64,000 nucleotides of DNA from the human T2T-CHM13v2.0 reference genome, Homo sapiens. Each line of letters begins with the position of its first letter. Position 1 is the stretch's first letter. A program made the translations under genes and the position numbers. The notes under the pieces are model-generated. The model was not told where the DNA came from and did not search any database. It worked only from the letters and a program-made list of their open reading frames with translations. Positions 26,501-41,500 of this stretch are shown in pieces. Location of the stretch: assembly GCF_009914755.1 (NCBI RefSeq), contig NC_060946.1, one strand, 5' to 3'.

Positions 26501-29500
26501 GAATGCAACGGAATGGAATGGAATGTTGAAATGTAATGTGAGCTAAGATTGTCCAACTGCACTACAGTCTGGGTGACAGAGTTACATCCAATCGAAATAA
26601 ATGAATGGAATGGAAAGGAGTAGAGTGGAATTGAATGGGGTGGAGTGGAATGGAACGGAATGGAAAGGAGTGGAATGGAGTGGAGTGGACAGTAATGGAA
26701 AGGAGTGGAATGGAGTGGAGAGGAATGGAGTGGAAGGGAATGAAATGGAATGGAGTAGAAGGGAATGGAATGGAATGGAATGAATTGGATTGGAGTATAA
26801 TGAAATGGAGTGGAGTGGAATGGACTGTATTGGAATGGAGGGGAATGCAGCGGAATGTAATGGAGTGGAATGGAATGGAGTGCAATTGAGTGGAAAGGAA
26901 TGGAGTGCAGTGGAGTGGAGTGCAGTGGAATGGAGTGTAATGGCGTGGAATGGAGTGGAAAGGAATGTAGTGGAGTGGAATGGAGTGGAGTGGAATGGAA
27001 TGGAATGGTACAGAATGGAACGGAACAGAATAGAATGGAGTGGAGTTGAGTGGAGTGGAGTGGAGTTGAGTGGACTGGACCAGAGTGCAGTGGAATGGAA
27101 TGGAGTGGAGTGGAGTGGAATGGAGTAGAATGGAGTGGAATGGAATGGAGTGTAGTGGAATGGAATGGAATAGAACGGAATGGAATTGAAAGGAATGGAA
27201 CGGAAGGGAAAGGAGTTGAGTGAACTAGTGTGGAGTTGAGTGGAGTGGATTGGATTGCAATTCAATGGATTGGAATGGAATGGAGTGGAGTGGAATGGAA
27301 TGGAATGGAATGGAATGGAATGTAATGGATTTGAGTGGAGTGCAGTGGAGTGGAATGGAGAGAACTGGAAACTGATGGAATGGAACAGCGTGGATTAAAG
27401 AGGAGTGGAGTGGAATGGAATGGAATGGAATGGATTGGTGAAATGTAATGTTAGCTAAGATTGTGTCACTGCACTCCAGTCTGGGTGTCAGAGTGAGATC
27501 GAATCAATATAAAGGAATGGAATGGAACAGAGTAGAATGGAATAGAATGGAATGGATGGAAATGGAAAGGAAGTGGAATGGAGTGGGGTAGAGTGGATTG
27601 GAATGGAATGGAGGGGAGTGGAGTGGAGTGGTAAGGAGTGGAAAGGAGTGAAATGGAATGGAATGGAATGTAGTGGAGTGGAAAGGAATGGAGTGGAAAG
27701 GAACACAACGAAACGAAATGAAATGGAATGGAATGTATTGGAGTGGAGTGCAGTGGAGTTGAGTGGAGTGGATTGGAGTGCAAGTGAATGGAATGGAATG
27801 GCATGGAGTGGAATGGAATGGAATGGAATGGAATGGAATGGATTCGAGTGGAGTGGAGTGGAGAAGTGGAATGGAGAGAACTGGAAACTGAGGGAATAGA
27901 ATGGAGTGGAGTGAAATGGAGTGAAGTGGAATGGAATAGAAGGGAAAGGAAAGGAATGGAATGGAATGGAATGCAATGGAATGGAATGCAATGGAATGGA
28001 AGGGAATGGAATGGTGAAATGTAATGTTAGATAAGATAGTGTCACTGCACTCCACTCTCGGTGTCAGAGTGAGATACAATCCAAATAAAGGAATGGAATG
28101 GAATGGAATACAATGGAATGGAATGGTGTGGATGGGAATGGAACGGAGTGAAATGGAGTGGAATGGAGGAGAGTGGATTGGAATGGAACGGAGGGGAGTG
28201 GAGTGGAGTGGAGTAGAATGGAGTGGAAAGGAGTCGAAAGGAGTGAAACGGTGTGGAATGGAATGGAGGGAAAAGGAACAGAACGTTACAGAATGAAATG
28301 GAAAGGAATGGAAAGTATTGGAGTGGAATGCAGTGGAGTTGAGTGGAGTGGAGTGGAGTGATAAGGAGTGGAAAGGAGCGAAATGGAATGGAAAGGAATG
28401 TAGTGGAGTGGAAAGGAATGGAGCGGAAAGGAACACAACGAAACGAAATGAAATTGAATGGAATGTATTGGAGTGGAGTGCAGTGGAGTTGAGTGGAGTG
28501 GATTGGAGTGCAAGTGAATAGAAAGGAGTGGAGCGGAATGGAATAAAATGGAATGGAATGGAATGGAATGGAATAGAATGGAATGGAATGGAATCGATAG
28601 GAGGGCAGAGGAGTGGAGTGGAGTGGAATGGAGAGAACTGGAAACTGATGGAATGGAATGGAGTGGAGTGAACTGGAGTGGAGTGGAATGGAATATAATG
28701 GAAAGGAATGGAATGGAATGGAATGGAATGGAATGGAATGGAATGGAATGGTGAAATGTAATGTTAGCTAAGATTGTGTCACTGCACTCCATTCTGGGTG
28801 TCAGAGTGAGATCCAAACCAAATAAAGGAATGGAATGGAATGGAGTAGAATGGAATGGAATGGAGTGGATGGGAATGGAACAGAGTGGAATGGAGTGCAG
28901 TGGAGTGGAGTGGATTGGAATGGAATGGAGGGGAGTGGAGTGGAGTGGAATGCAGTGGAAACAAGAGAAATGGAGTGCAATGGAATCGAGTGGAATGGAA
29001 CGGAAAGGTATGGAACAAAATGGAATAGAATGGAACGTATTGGAGTGGTATGCAGTGGAGTTGAGAGGGGTGGATCAGAGTGCAGTGGAATGGAATAGAA
29101 TGGAATGGAATGGAGTGGAGTGGAGTCGAGTGCAATGCAGTAGAATGGAGTGGAATGGAATGGAATGGAGTGGAGTGGAATGGAAAGGAATGGAATGGAA
29201 TGGAATGGAAGGGAACAGAGTGGAGAGGAGTGGAGTGGATTTGAGTGGAGTGGATCGGAGTGCAGTGGAATGGAATGGAATGGAGTGGAGTGGAGTTGAA
29301 TACAATGGAATGGTGTGGTATGGAATGGAATAGAGTGGAATAGAATATAATGGAGGGAAGTGGAATGTAATGTAATGTAACGTAACGGAAAGAATGGAAT
29401 GGAATGGAATGAAATGGAATGGAATGGATTGGAATGGAGTTGAATGGAATCAGTGGATTGGAATGGAGTGGAGTGCAGTGGAACAGAGTGGAGTGAAGTC

Positions 29501-32500
29501 GAATGGAATGGAGTGGATAGAAATGGAGTGGAGTGGAGTGTAATCGAATGGAGTGGAATGGAATGGAGTGGAGTGGAGTTGTGTGGAGTGGATCTGATTG
29601 CAGTGGAATGCAATGGAATGGAATGGAATGGAGGGTAGTGGAGCGGAGTGGAATGGAGTGGAATGCAATGGAATGGAACGTAATGGAATGGAACGAAACG
29701 GAATGGAATGAAACGGAATGGAAAGGAGTGGAGTGGAGTGCAGTAGAGTGTAGTTCAGTGGAATGGATCGGAGTGCAGTGGCCTGGATTGGAATGGAATG
29801 GAGTGGAGTGGAATGGAATTTAATGGAATGGAGTGGATTGTAGTGGAGGGGAGTTTAGTGGAGTGGAGTGGAATGGAATGGAGTGAAGTAGAATGGAATG
29901 GAGTGGAGAGGAGTGAAGCAGAGGGGAGATGAGTGGAGTGGAGTGGAATGGAATGAAATGGATTGGAGTCGTGTGGAGTGGAAAAGAATGGAATGGAATG
30001 GAATGGAATGCAATGGAATGGAAAGGAATGGAATGGAATGGAACGGAATGGTGAAATGAAATGTGAGCTAAGATTGTGCCACTACACTCCAGTCTGTGTG
30101 ACAGAGTGAGATACAGTAGAAATAAAGGAATGGAATGGAAGGGAGTAAAATGGAATGGAATGGAGTGGAGTGGAATGGAAAGGAATGGAACGCAGTGGAG
30201 TGGAGTGCAACGGAGTGGAGTGGAATGGAGTGGAGTGGAATGGTCTGGAGTGGAATGGAATGATATGGAATGGAATGAAGTGGAATTGAGTGGAGAGGAG
30301 TGTAATGGAGTTTAGTGGAATGGACTGCAGTTCAATGGAGTGGAATGGAGTGGAATGGAATGGAGTGGAATGGAATGCAGTGGAATGGATTGGAGTGGAA
30401 TGGAGTGGAGTGGAATGGATTGGAGTGGAGTGGAATGGAACGGGATGGGAGGGAACAGAACAGAATGGAATGGAGTCGAGTGGAGTGCAGTTGAAAGGAG
30501 TGGAGTTCAGTGGAGTGGATTGGAGTGCAGTGGAATGGAATGGAATGAACTGGAGAAGAGTGGAGTGGAATGGAGTGGAGTGGATTTGACTAGAGTGGAT
30601 CACAGTACAGTGGAATGGAACGGAGTGGAATGGAAAGTAATGGAATGGAGTGGAGTGGATTGGAGGGGAATGCAGTGGGATGTAGTGGAATGGAATGGAT
30701 TGTAGTGGAATTGAATGGATTGGAATGGAATGGAACGGAAGGGAAGATAATGGAAGAGAATGGACTGGAGTGGAGTGGAATGGAGTGGAGTGGAGTGGAT
30801 TGGAATGCAGTGGAATGTAATGTAATGTAATGGAATGGAATGGAATGGAATGGAATGGAATGGAGTGGAGTGGAATGGAATGCAATGGAGAGGAGTGGAA
30901 TGGAGGGGAGTGGAGTTGAGTGGAGTGGAATGGAGTGTAATGGAGTGGAATGGAGCGACATGGAGTGGAGTGGAGTGCAATAGAATGGAGTGGAGTTGAA
31001 TGGAATGGAATGGAACAGAATGGAATGGAATGCAACGGAATGGAAAGGAATGGAACAGAACGGATTGGAGTTGAGTGGAGTTGATGGGGTTGATCGTAGT
31101 GCATTGGAATGGAATGGAATAGAATGGTGTGGAGTGCAGTGCAGTAGAGGGGAGTGGACTGAAGTGGAATGGAGAAGAATGCAGTGGAATGGAATGGAGG
31201 GCAATGGAATGGAATGGAATGAAATGGAACAGAATGGAATGGAAAGGAACAGAATGGAATGGAAAGGGACAGAATGGAATGGAACAGAAGGGAACAGAGT
31301 GGAATGGAGTGGAGTTGAATGGAAATGAGTGGAGTGGATCAAAGTGCAGTGGAATGGAATGGAATGGTATGGAAAGGAATGGGATAGGATGGGATGGGAT
31401 GGAATACAATGGAATTGGATGGGATGGAATGGAGTGCAGTGGAATGGAGTGGTGTTGAGAGGAATGGAATGGAATGGAGTTTAGTGGAATGGAATGGAGT
31501 GGAGTGTGTGGAGTGGAGTGGATCTGAGTGCAGTGGACTGGAATGGAATGGAATGGAATGGAGTGGAGTGGAATGGAATTTAACGGAAAGGAGTGGAGTG
31601 GAGTGGACTGAAGTGAAGTCGAATGGAATGGAGTGGAGTGGAATGGAATGGAATGCAATGGAATGAAATAGAATGGCGTTGAGTGGAATGAAATAGAGTC
31701 GACTGGAGTGGAGTATAATGGAGTGGAGTTCAGGGGATTGGAGTGCAGTGGAGTGGAGTGGAGTAGAAGAGAGTGTGATGGAATGGAATGGAATGGAAAG
31801 GAATGCAATGTAATGGTGAAATGAAATGAGAGCTAAGATTGTGCCAGTGCACTCCAGTCTGGGTGACAGAATGAGATCCAGTCGAAATAAAGGAATGCAA
31901 TGGAATTGATTAAAATGCAAAGGCATTGAGTTGTGTGGAATGGAATGCAGCAGAAAGGCGTGGAGTTGAGTGGATTGGAGCGGAGTGGAATGGAGTGGAG
32001 AGGAATGGAGTGGAACAGAGTGGAATGGAATGGAATGGAGTGGATTGGAGTGGATTGGAATGGAGTGGAGAGGAATGGAGAGGAATGGAGTGGAACAGAG
32101 TGGAATAGAACGGAATGGAGTGGAGTGGAATGGAATGGAATGGACTGGAGTGGGATGGAATGGAATGGAGTGGCGTGGAATGGAATGGAATGGAGTCTAG
32201 TGGAGTGGAGTGGTATGGAGTGGAGTGCAGGAGTTTGGAATGGAATAGCGTGGAGTGGAATGGAATGGAGTTTAGTGGAGTGGTGTGGAATGGAGTGGAG
32301 CACAGTGGGTTGGAATGCAGTGCAGTGGAATGGAGTGGAACGGCGTGGAATGGAATGGAATGGATGGGAATGGAATGCAAAGGAATGTTATGGAATGGTG
32401 AAATGAAATGTGAGCTAAGATTGTGCCACTGCACTCCACTCTGGGAGACAGAGTGAGATCCAGTCGAAATAAAGGCATGGAATGGAATGAAGTAAAATGC

Positions 32501-35500
32501 AAGGGAATAAATTGGTGTGGAATGGAATGGAATGGAACAGAGTGGAGTGGAGAGGAATGGAGTGGAGTGGAATGGTGTGGAGTGCAATGGAATGGTATGG
32601 AATGGAGTGAAGTGCAATGGAGTGGAGAGGAGTGGAATGGAGTTTAGTGGAATGGAGTGCAGTGCAATGTAGTGGAATGGAGTGGAATGCAATGGAGTGC
32701 AATGGATTGGAGTGGAATGGAATGGAGTGGAAAGGAATGGAATGGGATGGAATGGAATGGAACGGAATGGAATGGAGTGCAGCAGAGTGGAGTGGAAAGG
32801 AGTGGAGTGTACTGTATCAGAGTGCAGTGGAAGGGAATGGAATGGAATGGAATGGAATGAAGTGGAGAGGAGTGGAGTGGCATGGAGTTTAGTGGAGTGG
32901 ATCACAGTGCAGTGGAATTGAATGGAATGGAATAGAGTGGAGTGGAGTGGAGAGGAGGGGAATGGAATGGAATGTAGTGGAATAGAAAGGATTGTAGTGG
33001 AATTGAAGGGAATGGAATGAAATGGAATGGAAAGGAAGGGAATGGAATGGAACGGATTGGAGTTGAGTGGAATGGAGTGGAGTGGAGTTGAGAGGAGTGA
33101 ATCCGAGTCCAGTGGAATGGAATCTAATGTAATGGAAGGGGATGCAATGGAATGAATTGGAGTGGAACGGAATGCAATGGAGTGGAGTGGTGTGGAGGGC
33201 AGTGGAGAAGAGTGGAGGGGAATGGAGTGGAATGGAGCGAAATGGAGTGACGTGGAGTGGAGTGGTGTGCATTAGGATGGAGTGTAATGGAATGGAATAG
33301 AATGGAATGGAACGGATTAAAGAGGAGGGGAGTGGAGTTGATGGAGTTGATTGGAATGCATAGGAATGGAATGGAATGGATGGGAATGGAGTGCGGTGGG
33401 ATGGAATGGAGTGGAGTGGAGTGGAGTGCAGTGGAAAGGAATGGAATGGAATGGAATGGTGAAATGAAATGTTAGCTAAGATACTGCCACTTCAGTCCGG
33501 TCTGGGTGACAGAGTGAGATCCAGTCAAAACAAAGGAATGGAATGCAACGGAATAGAATGGAATAGAATGGAGTGGATTGGAATGGAATGGAGTGGAATA
33601 AAGAGGAACGGAGTGTAAACGAGTGGAATGGAAAGGAGTGGAGTGGAAAGGAATGGAATGCAGTGGAATGGAATGGTATGGAATGGAGTGGAATGGAAAG
33701 GAGTGGAGTGGAAAGGAATGGAATGCAGTGGAATGGAATGGTATGGAATGGAGTGGAATGGAATGGAATGCAATAGAATGCAGTGAAGTGGAATGGACAG
33801 CATTGGAAGGATTGGAGTGGAATAGAGTGGAATGGAGTGGCATGGAATGGAATGCAATGGAGTAAAATGGACTGGATTGGAGTGGAATGAAACGAAGTGC
33901 AGTGGAGTGGAGTGGAGTGGATTGAAGGGGAATGGAGTCGAATGGAGTGAAATGGAGAGGGGTGGACTGGAGTGGAGTGGAATGGAATGGAGTGGAATGG
34001 AACGGAATGGAACGGAAAGGAAAGAAATGGATCTCAGTGGAGTGGAGTGGAGTGCAGTTCTGTGGAGTGGACCGGAGTGCAGTGAAATGGAATGGAGTGT
34101 AATGCAATAGAGTGGAGTGGAGTGCAGTGCAGTGGAGTGGAAAGGAATGCAGTGGAATGTCGTTGAATAGAGTGCAGTGTAGTGGAATGGAATGGAATGG
34201 AACGGAATGGAAAGGAATGGAATGGAATGGAATGGAACGGAATAGAATGGAATGGAAAGGAATGGAGTGGAGTGGAGTGGATTGGAATGGAATGGAGTTG
34301 AGTGGAGTGGAGTGGATTGGAGTGCAGTAGACTGGAAAGGAATGGAAAGGAACACAGTGGAGAAGAATGGAATTTAATGGAATGGAGTGGATTGGAGTGG
34401 AGTGGAGTTTATTGGAATGGAGTGGAGTGGAATGGAATGGAATGGAGTGGAGTGGAGTCGAATGGAATGGAGTGGAATGGAATGGAATGGAGTGGAGTGG
34501 AGTGGAGTCGAATGGAATGGAGTGGAGTGGAATGAAATGGAATGCAATGGAATGGAAGGGAATGGCGTGGACAGGAATGGAATGGATTGGTGTGGACTAG
34601 AATGAAATGGAGTGGAGAGGAGTGGAGTGGAGTAGAATGGAATGGAGTCTAGTGGAGTGAAGTGGAGTGGAGTGTAATGGAGTGGAGTGCAGTGGATTGG
34701 AATGCAATGCACTGGATTGGAGCGGAACGCAATGCAATGGAATGGAATGGAACGGAATGCAATGAAATGGTGAAATGAAATGTGAGCTAAGATTGTGTCA
34801 CTGCACTCCAGTCTGGGAGACAGAGTGAGATGCAATCGAAATAAAGGAATGGATGGAATGGAGTAAAATGCAATGGAATAGATTGGTGTGGAATGGAATG
34901 GAGTGGAAAGGAGTGGAAAGGAGTGGAATGGAAAGGAATGCAATGTAGTGGAATGGAATGGAATGGAGTGGAATGCAGTTTAGTGGAGTGGAATGGAGTG
35001 GAGTGGAACGCAGTGCAATGAAGTGGAATGAAATGGAATAGAATGGTGTGAAATGTAATGGAATTGGGAGGAATGAAGTGGAGTGGAGAGGAAAGGCGTT
35101 GACTGGTGAGGAGTGGAGAGGAGTGGAACGGAGTGAATGGGTACGGAGCAGAGTGGAATGGAGTGGAATGGAGAGGAATGAAATTGAATGGAATGGAGTT
35201 CATTGGAATGGAATACAGAGGAATGGATTGGAGTGGAGTGGAATGGAGTGGATTGAAATGGAATTGATTGAAATGGAGTGGAATGGAGTGGAATGGAAAT
35301 GAGTGCCATGGAATGGAATGGAGTGATGTGGAATGGAATTGAATGGAATGGAATTCAAAGGATTGCAGTGGAGTGAAATGGAACGGAGTGGAGTGGAATG
35401 GAATAAAGTGGAATTGAGTGGAGTGGAGTGGAGTGGAAGGGAGAGGTGTGGAGTGGATTGGAATGGAGTGCAGTGGAATGGAATGGAATGGAATGAAACG

Positions 35501-38500
35501 GAACAGTATGGAATGGAACAGAATGGAATGGAATGTAGTGGAGTGGAGTGGAATTGAGTGGAGTATATAGGAGTGCAGTGGAATGGAATGGAATGGAATG
35601 CAATGCAATGGAACGGAATGGCGTGGAGTTGAATGGATTGGAGTGCAGTGGAGTGGAATACAATGGAATGGAATGGAATGGAATAGAATGGTGAAATGTA
35701 ATGTGAGCTAAGATTGGGCCACTGCACTCCAGTCTGGGTGAAAAAATGAGATCCAATTGAAATAAAGGAAGGGAGTGGAATGGGGAAGAATGGAATGGAG
35801 TGGAGTGGAATGGAATGGAGTGGAATGTAGTAGATTGGAGTGGAAAGTAGTGTAGTGGAATGGAGTGGAGTGGAATGGAGAGGAAAGGAGTGAAATGGAA
35901 TGGAGTGGAATGAAATGGCATGGAGTAGAATGGAGTGGAGTGGAGTGGAGTGGATTGTCGTGTAATGGAGGGGATTGGAAAGGACTGGAATGGAGTGGAA
36001 TGGAATGGATTGGAATGGAATGGAATGGAATGGAATGGAATGGAATGGAATGGAGTGGAATGGAATATAATTGAGTGGAATGGAATGGAGTGGAGTGGAG
36101 TGGAATGGAGTGGAATGGAGGGAAATGGAGTGGAGCGGAAGGGAGTGGAGTGGAATGGAATGGAGTGGAATGTAACGGAATGGAATGGAATGGAACAGAA
36201 TGCAACGGAATGGAATGGAGTGGAGTGGAGTTATGTGGAGTGAATTGTAGTGCAGTGGAATGGAATGGAATGGAATGGAATGGAATGGAATGGGATGGAA
36301 TGGAATAGAAGAGAATGGAGTGGAGTGGAGTGGAAAAGAGTAGAGTGGAGTGGAGTGGAATGGAATGCAATGGAGTGGAATGGAATGGAATGGAGTGGAA
36401 TGGAATGGAATGGAGTGGAATTGAATGGAGTGGAGTGAAGTGTAGTGGATTGGACTGGAGTGGAATGGAGGGAAATGGAGTGGAGTGGAATGGAGTGGAG
36501 TGGAGTGGAATGGAACGGAACAGATTGGAACGGAATGCAATAGAGTGGAGTGGAGTGGAGTTGGGTGGAGTGCAACGGACTGCAGTGGATCGAATGGAAT
36601 GGAAAGGAATAGAATGGAGGGGAGTGGAGTGGAGTAGAATAGAGTGGAGTGGAGTGGAGTGCAATGGGGTGGAATGGAATGTAATGGATTGGAATGGAAT
36701 GGAATGGAATGGAATGGAATGGAATGGAATGTAAGGGAATGGAATGGAATGGAACACAACTAATTGGACTGGAGGGGAGGGGAGAGGAGTGGAGTGGAGT
36801 GGAGTGGATTGGAGTGGAATGGAATGAAATGGAATGGAATGGAATGGAATGGAATGGAATGGAATGGAATGGATTAGAAAGGAGTGCAGTGGAATGTAAA
36901 AGAGTGGAATGGAATGGAGTGGAATGGAGTGCAGGGAAAACGAATGGAATGAAATGGAATGGTGAAATGAAATGTGAGGTAAGATTGTGCAACTGAATTC
37001 CAGTCTGGGTGATAGAGTGAGATCTAGTTGAAATAAAGGATTGGAACACAATGGAGTAGAATGGAATGGAATGGAGTGGAGTGGAATGGAATGGAGTGGA
37101 ATAGAGTGGAATGCAGTGTAAAGTAGTGGAACGGAATGGAATGTAGTGGAATAGAATGGAATGCAGTGGAATGGAATGGTATGGAATGGAGTGGAATGGA
37201 ATGGAATGCAGTAGAATGCAGTGGAGTGGAATGGAGAGGAGTGGAAGGAGTGGAGTGGAATGGAGTGGAATCGAGTGGCATGGCATGGAATGGAATGGAA
37301 TGGAGTGTAGTGGAATGGAATTGAGTGTAGGGGAGTGAAGTGGAGTGGAGTGGATTGAAGGGGAATGGAGTCGAATGGAGTGAAATGGAGAGGGGTGGAC
37401 TGGAGTGGAGTGAAATGGAATGGAGTGGAATGGAAGGCAATGGAATGGAACAGAAAGAAATGGATCTCAGTGGAGAGGAGTGGAGTGTAGCTCAGTGGAG
37501 TGGATGGGAGTGCAGTGAAATGGAATGGATTGTAATGGAATGGAGTGCAGTGGAGTGCAGTGCAGTGGAGTGGAGTGGAATGGAGTGGAAAGTCGTTCAA
37601 TAGAATGCAGTGGAGTGGAATGGAAAGGAATGGAACGGAAAGGAACAGAGTGGAGTGGAGTGGAGTTGATTGAATTGGAATAGAGTTCACTGGAGTGGAA
37701 TGGAACGGAATTGATTGGAATGGAGTGGAGTGGAGTGCATCGGAGTGCAGTGGAATGGAATGGAATGGTTTGGAGTGGAGTGCAGTAGAGTGGAGTGGAT
37801 TGGAGTGGAATGGAGAAGAATGCAGTGGAATGGAATGGACTGCATTGGAATGGAATGGAATGGAACAGAATGGAAAGGAATGGGACAGAATAGAATGGAA
37901 CAGAAGGGAACAGAGTGGAATTGAGTGGAGTTGAGTGGGATTGAGTGGAGTGGATCAAAGTGCAGTGGAATGGAATGGTATAGAATGGAATGGGATGGGA
38001 TGGGATGGAATACAATGGAATGGGAAGGGATGAAATGGAGTGGAGTGGAATGGAGTAGAGCGGAGAGGAATTGAATGGAATGGAGTGGAGTAGAGTCGAG
38101 TGGAGTGGAATGGAGTGGAGGGGAGTGGAGAGGATCGCAGTGCAGTGGACTGGAATGGAATGGAATGGAATGGAGTGGAGTGGAATGGAATTTAATGGAA
38201 TGGAGTGGAGTGGATTGAAGTGGAGTTGAATGGAATGGAGTGGAGTGGAATGGAATTAAATGCAATGTAATGGCGTGTAGTGGAATGAAGTGGAGTCGAG
38301 TGGAGTGGAGTAGAATGGAGTGGAGTGCAGGGGATTGGAGTGCACTGGAGTGGAGTTGTGTAGATGGCAGTGTCATGGAATGGAATGGAATGCAATGTAA
38401 TGGTGAAATGAAATGAGAGCTAAGATTGTGCCAGTGCACTCCAGTCTGGGTGACAGAGTGAGATCCAGTCGAAATAAAGGAATGGAATGGAATGGAGTAA

Positions 38501-41500
38501 AATGCGATGGCATTGAGTTGTGTGGAAAGGAAAGCAGTGGAAAGGCATGGAGTGAAGTGGATTGGAGTGGAGAGGAATGGATTGGAACAAAGGGGAACGG
38601 AATGGAGTGGATTGGAGTGAAATGGAATGGAGTGGAGAGGAATGGAGTGGAACAGAGTGGAATGGAATGGAATGGAGTGGAGTGGAATGGAATGGAATGG
38701 AATGGAATGGAATGGAATGGACTGGAGTGGGATGCAATGGAATGGAGTGGAGTGGAGTAGATTGGAGTGCAGTAGACTGGAATGGAATGGAATGGAACGG
38801 AGTGGAGAAGAATGGAATTTAATGGAATGGAGTGGATTGGAATGGAGTGGAGTTTACTGGAATGGAGTGGAGTGGAATGGAATGGAATGGAGTGGAGTGT
38901 AGTGGAGTCGAAAGCAATGGAGTGGAGTGGAATGGAATGGAATGCAATGGAATGGAATGGAAAGGCTTGGAGTGGAATGAAATGGAATGGAGTGGAGTGG
39001 AGTGGAGTAGAATGAAATAGAGTCTAGTGGAGTGGAGTGGAGTGGAATGGAGTGGAGTGCAGTGGATTGGAATGCAATGCACTGGATTGGAGTGGAACAG
39101 ATCGCAATGGAATGGAATGGAATGGAGTGGAATGGAATGGAATGGAACAGAATGCAATGAAATGGTGAAATGAAAGGTGAGCTAAGATTGTGCCAATGCA
39201 CTCCAGTCTGGGAGACAGAGTGAGAGCCAATCGAAATAAAGGAATGGAATGGAATGGAGTAAAATGCAATGGAATAGGTTGATGTGGAATGGAAAGGAGT
39301 GGAAAGGAGTGGAATGGAGTGGAATGGAATGGAATGCAATGTAGTGGAATAGAATGGAATGGAGCGGAATGCAGTTTAGTGGAGTGGAACGGAGTGGAAT
39401 GAAGTGGAATGAAATGGAATGGAATGGTATGAAATGAAATGGAATTGGGAGGAACGAAGTGGAGTGGAGTGGAGTGGAAAGGCATTGACTGGTGAGGAGT
39501 GGAGTGGAGTGGAATGGAGTGGATTGGCAGGGAGTGGAGTGGAATGGAGTGGAATGGAGTGGAATGGAGAGGAATGAAATAGAATGGAATGGAGTTCATT
39601 GGAATGAAATACAGAGGAATGGATTGGAGTGGAGTGGAATGGAGTGGATTGAAATGGAATGGAGTGAAATGGAGTGGAATGGAGTGGAATGGAAATGAGT
39701 GCCATGGAATGGAATGGAGTGCCATGGAATGGAAAGGAATGGAATGGAATGGAATGGAATGGAATGGAATGGAATGGAAAGGATTGCAGTGGAGTGGAAT
39801 GGAATGGAGTGGAGTGGAATTGAGTGGAGTGGAGTGGAGTGGAAGGGTGAGGAGTATAGTGGATTGGAATGGAGTGGAGTGGAGTGGAATGGAATGGAAT
39901 GAAACGGAACAGTATGGAATGGAACAGAATGGAATGGAATGTAGTGGAGGGGAGTTGAGTGGAGTGTATAGAAGTGCAGTGGAACGGAATGGAATGCAAT
40001 GGAATAGAATGGAATGGAATGGAATGGTGAAATGTAATGTGAGCTAAGATTGGGCCACTGTACTCCAGTCTGGGTGAAAAAATGAGATCCAATCGAAATA
40101 AAGGAATGGAATGAATGGGGAAGAATGGAATGGAGTGCAACGGAAAGGAATGGAGTGGAATGGAGTAGATTGGAGTGGAATGGAGTGCATTGGAATGGAG
40201 TGCAGTGACATGGAGAGGAAAGGAGTGAAATGGAATGGAGTGGAATGAAATAGCATGGAGTAGAATGGAGTGGAGTGGAATGGATTGTCGTGTAATGGAA
40301 TGGATTGTCGTGTAATGGAGGGGATTGGAATGGACTGGAATGAAGTGGAATGGAATGGAATAGAGTGGAATGGAATGGAATGGAGTGGAATGGTATATAA
40401 TAGAGTGGAATTGAATGGAGTGGAGTGGAGTGTAGTCGAGTGGAATGGAGTAGAATGGAGGAAAATGGAGTGGAGTGGAAGGGAGTGGAGTGGAACGGAA
40501 TGGAGTGGAATGTAACGGAAAAGAATGAAATGGAATGGAACGGAATGCAACGGAATGGAATGGAGTGGAGTTTAGTTACGTGGAGCGAATCGGAGTGCAG
40601 TGGAATGGAATGGAATGGAATGGGATGGGATGGAATGGATTAGAATAGAATGGAGTGGAGTGGAGTGAAAAAGAGTAGAGTGGATTTGGGTGGAATGGAA
40701 TGGAATGGAGTGGAATGGAATGGAATAGAGTTGAATTTAATGGAATGTAGTGGAATCGAATAGAGTGGAGTGAAGTGTAGTGGATTGGAATGGAGTGGAA
40801 TGGAGGGAAATGGAGTGTAATGGAATGGAGTGTAGTGGAATGGAATAGAGTGGAATGGAACGGAATGGAACGGAACGGATTGGAACGGAATGCAATGGAG
40901 TGGATTGGAGTGCAGTGGAATGGAGTGGAGTTGGATGGAGTGGATCGGACTGCAGTGGATCGAATGGAATGGAATGGAATAGAATGGAGTGGAGTGGAGT
41001 GGAATAGAGTGGAGTGGAGAGCAATGGGGTGGAATGGAATGTGGTGGATTGGAATGGAATGGAATGTAAGGGAAAGGAGAGGAATGGCACACAACTAAGT
41101 GGACTGGAGGGGAGTGGAGTGGAGTGGATTGGAGTCCATTGGAATGCAGTGGAATGGAATGGAATAGATTGGAATGGAATGCAATGGAATGGAATGGATT
41201 AGAATGGAGTGCGGTGGAATGGAATGGAGTGGAGTGGAGTGCAGGGGAAAGGAATGGAATGAAATGGAATGGTGAAATGAAATGTGAGGTAAGATTGTGC
41301 CACTGAAGTCCAGTCTGGGTGACAGAGTGAGATCTGGTCGAAATAAAGGAATGGAACACAATGGAGTACAATGGAATGGAATGGAGTGGAGTGGAATGGA
41401 ATGGAGTGGAATAAAATGGAATGCAGTGTAAAGGAGTGGAACGGAATGGAGTGGAATGGAATGGAGTGGAATAAAATGGAATGCAGTGTAAAGGAGTGGA

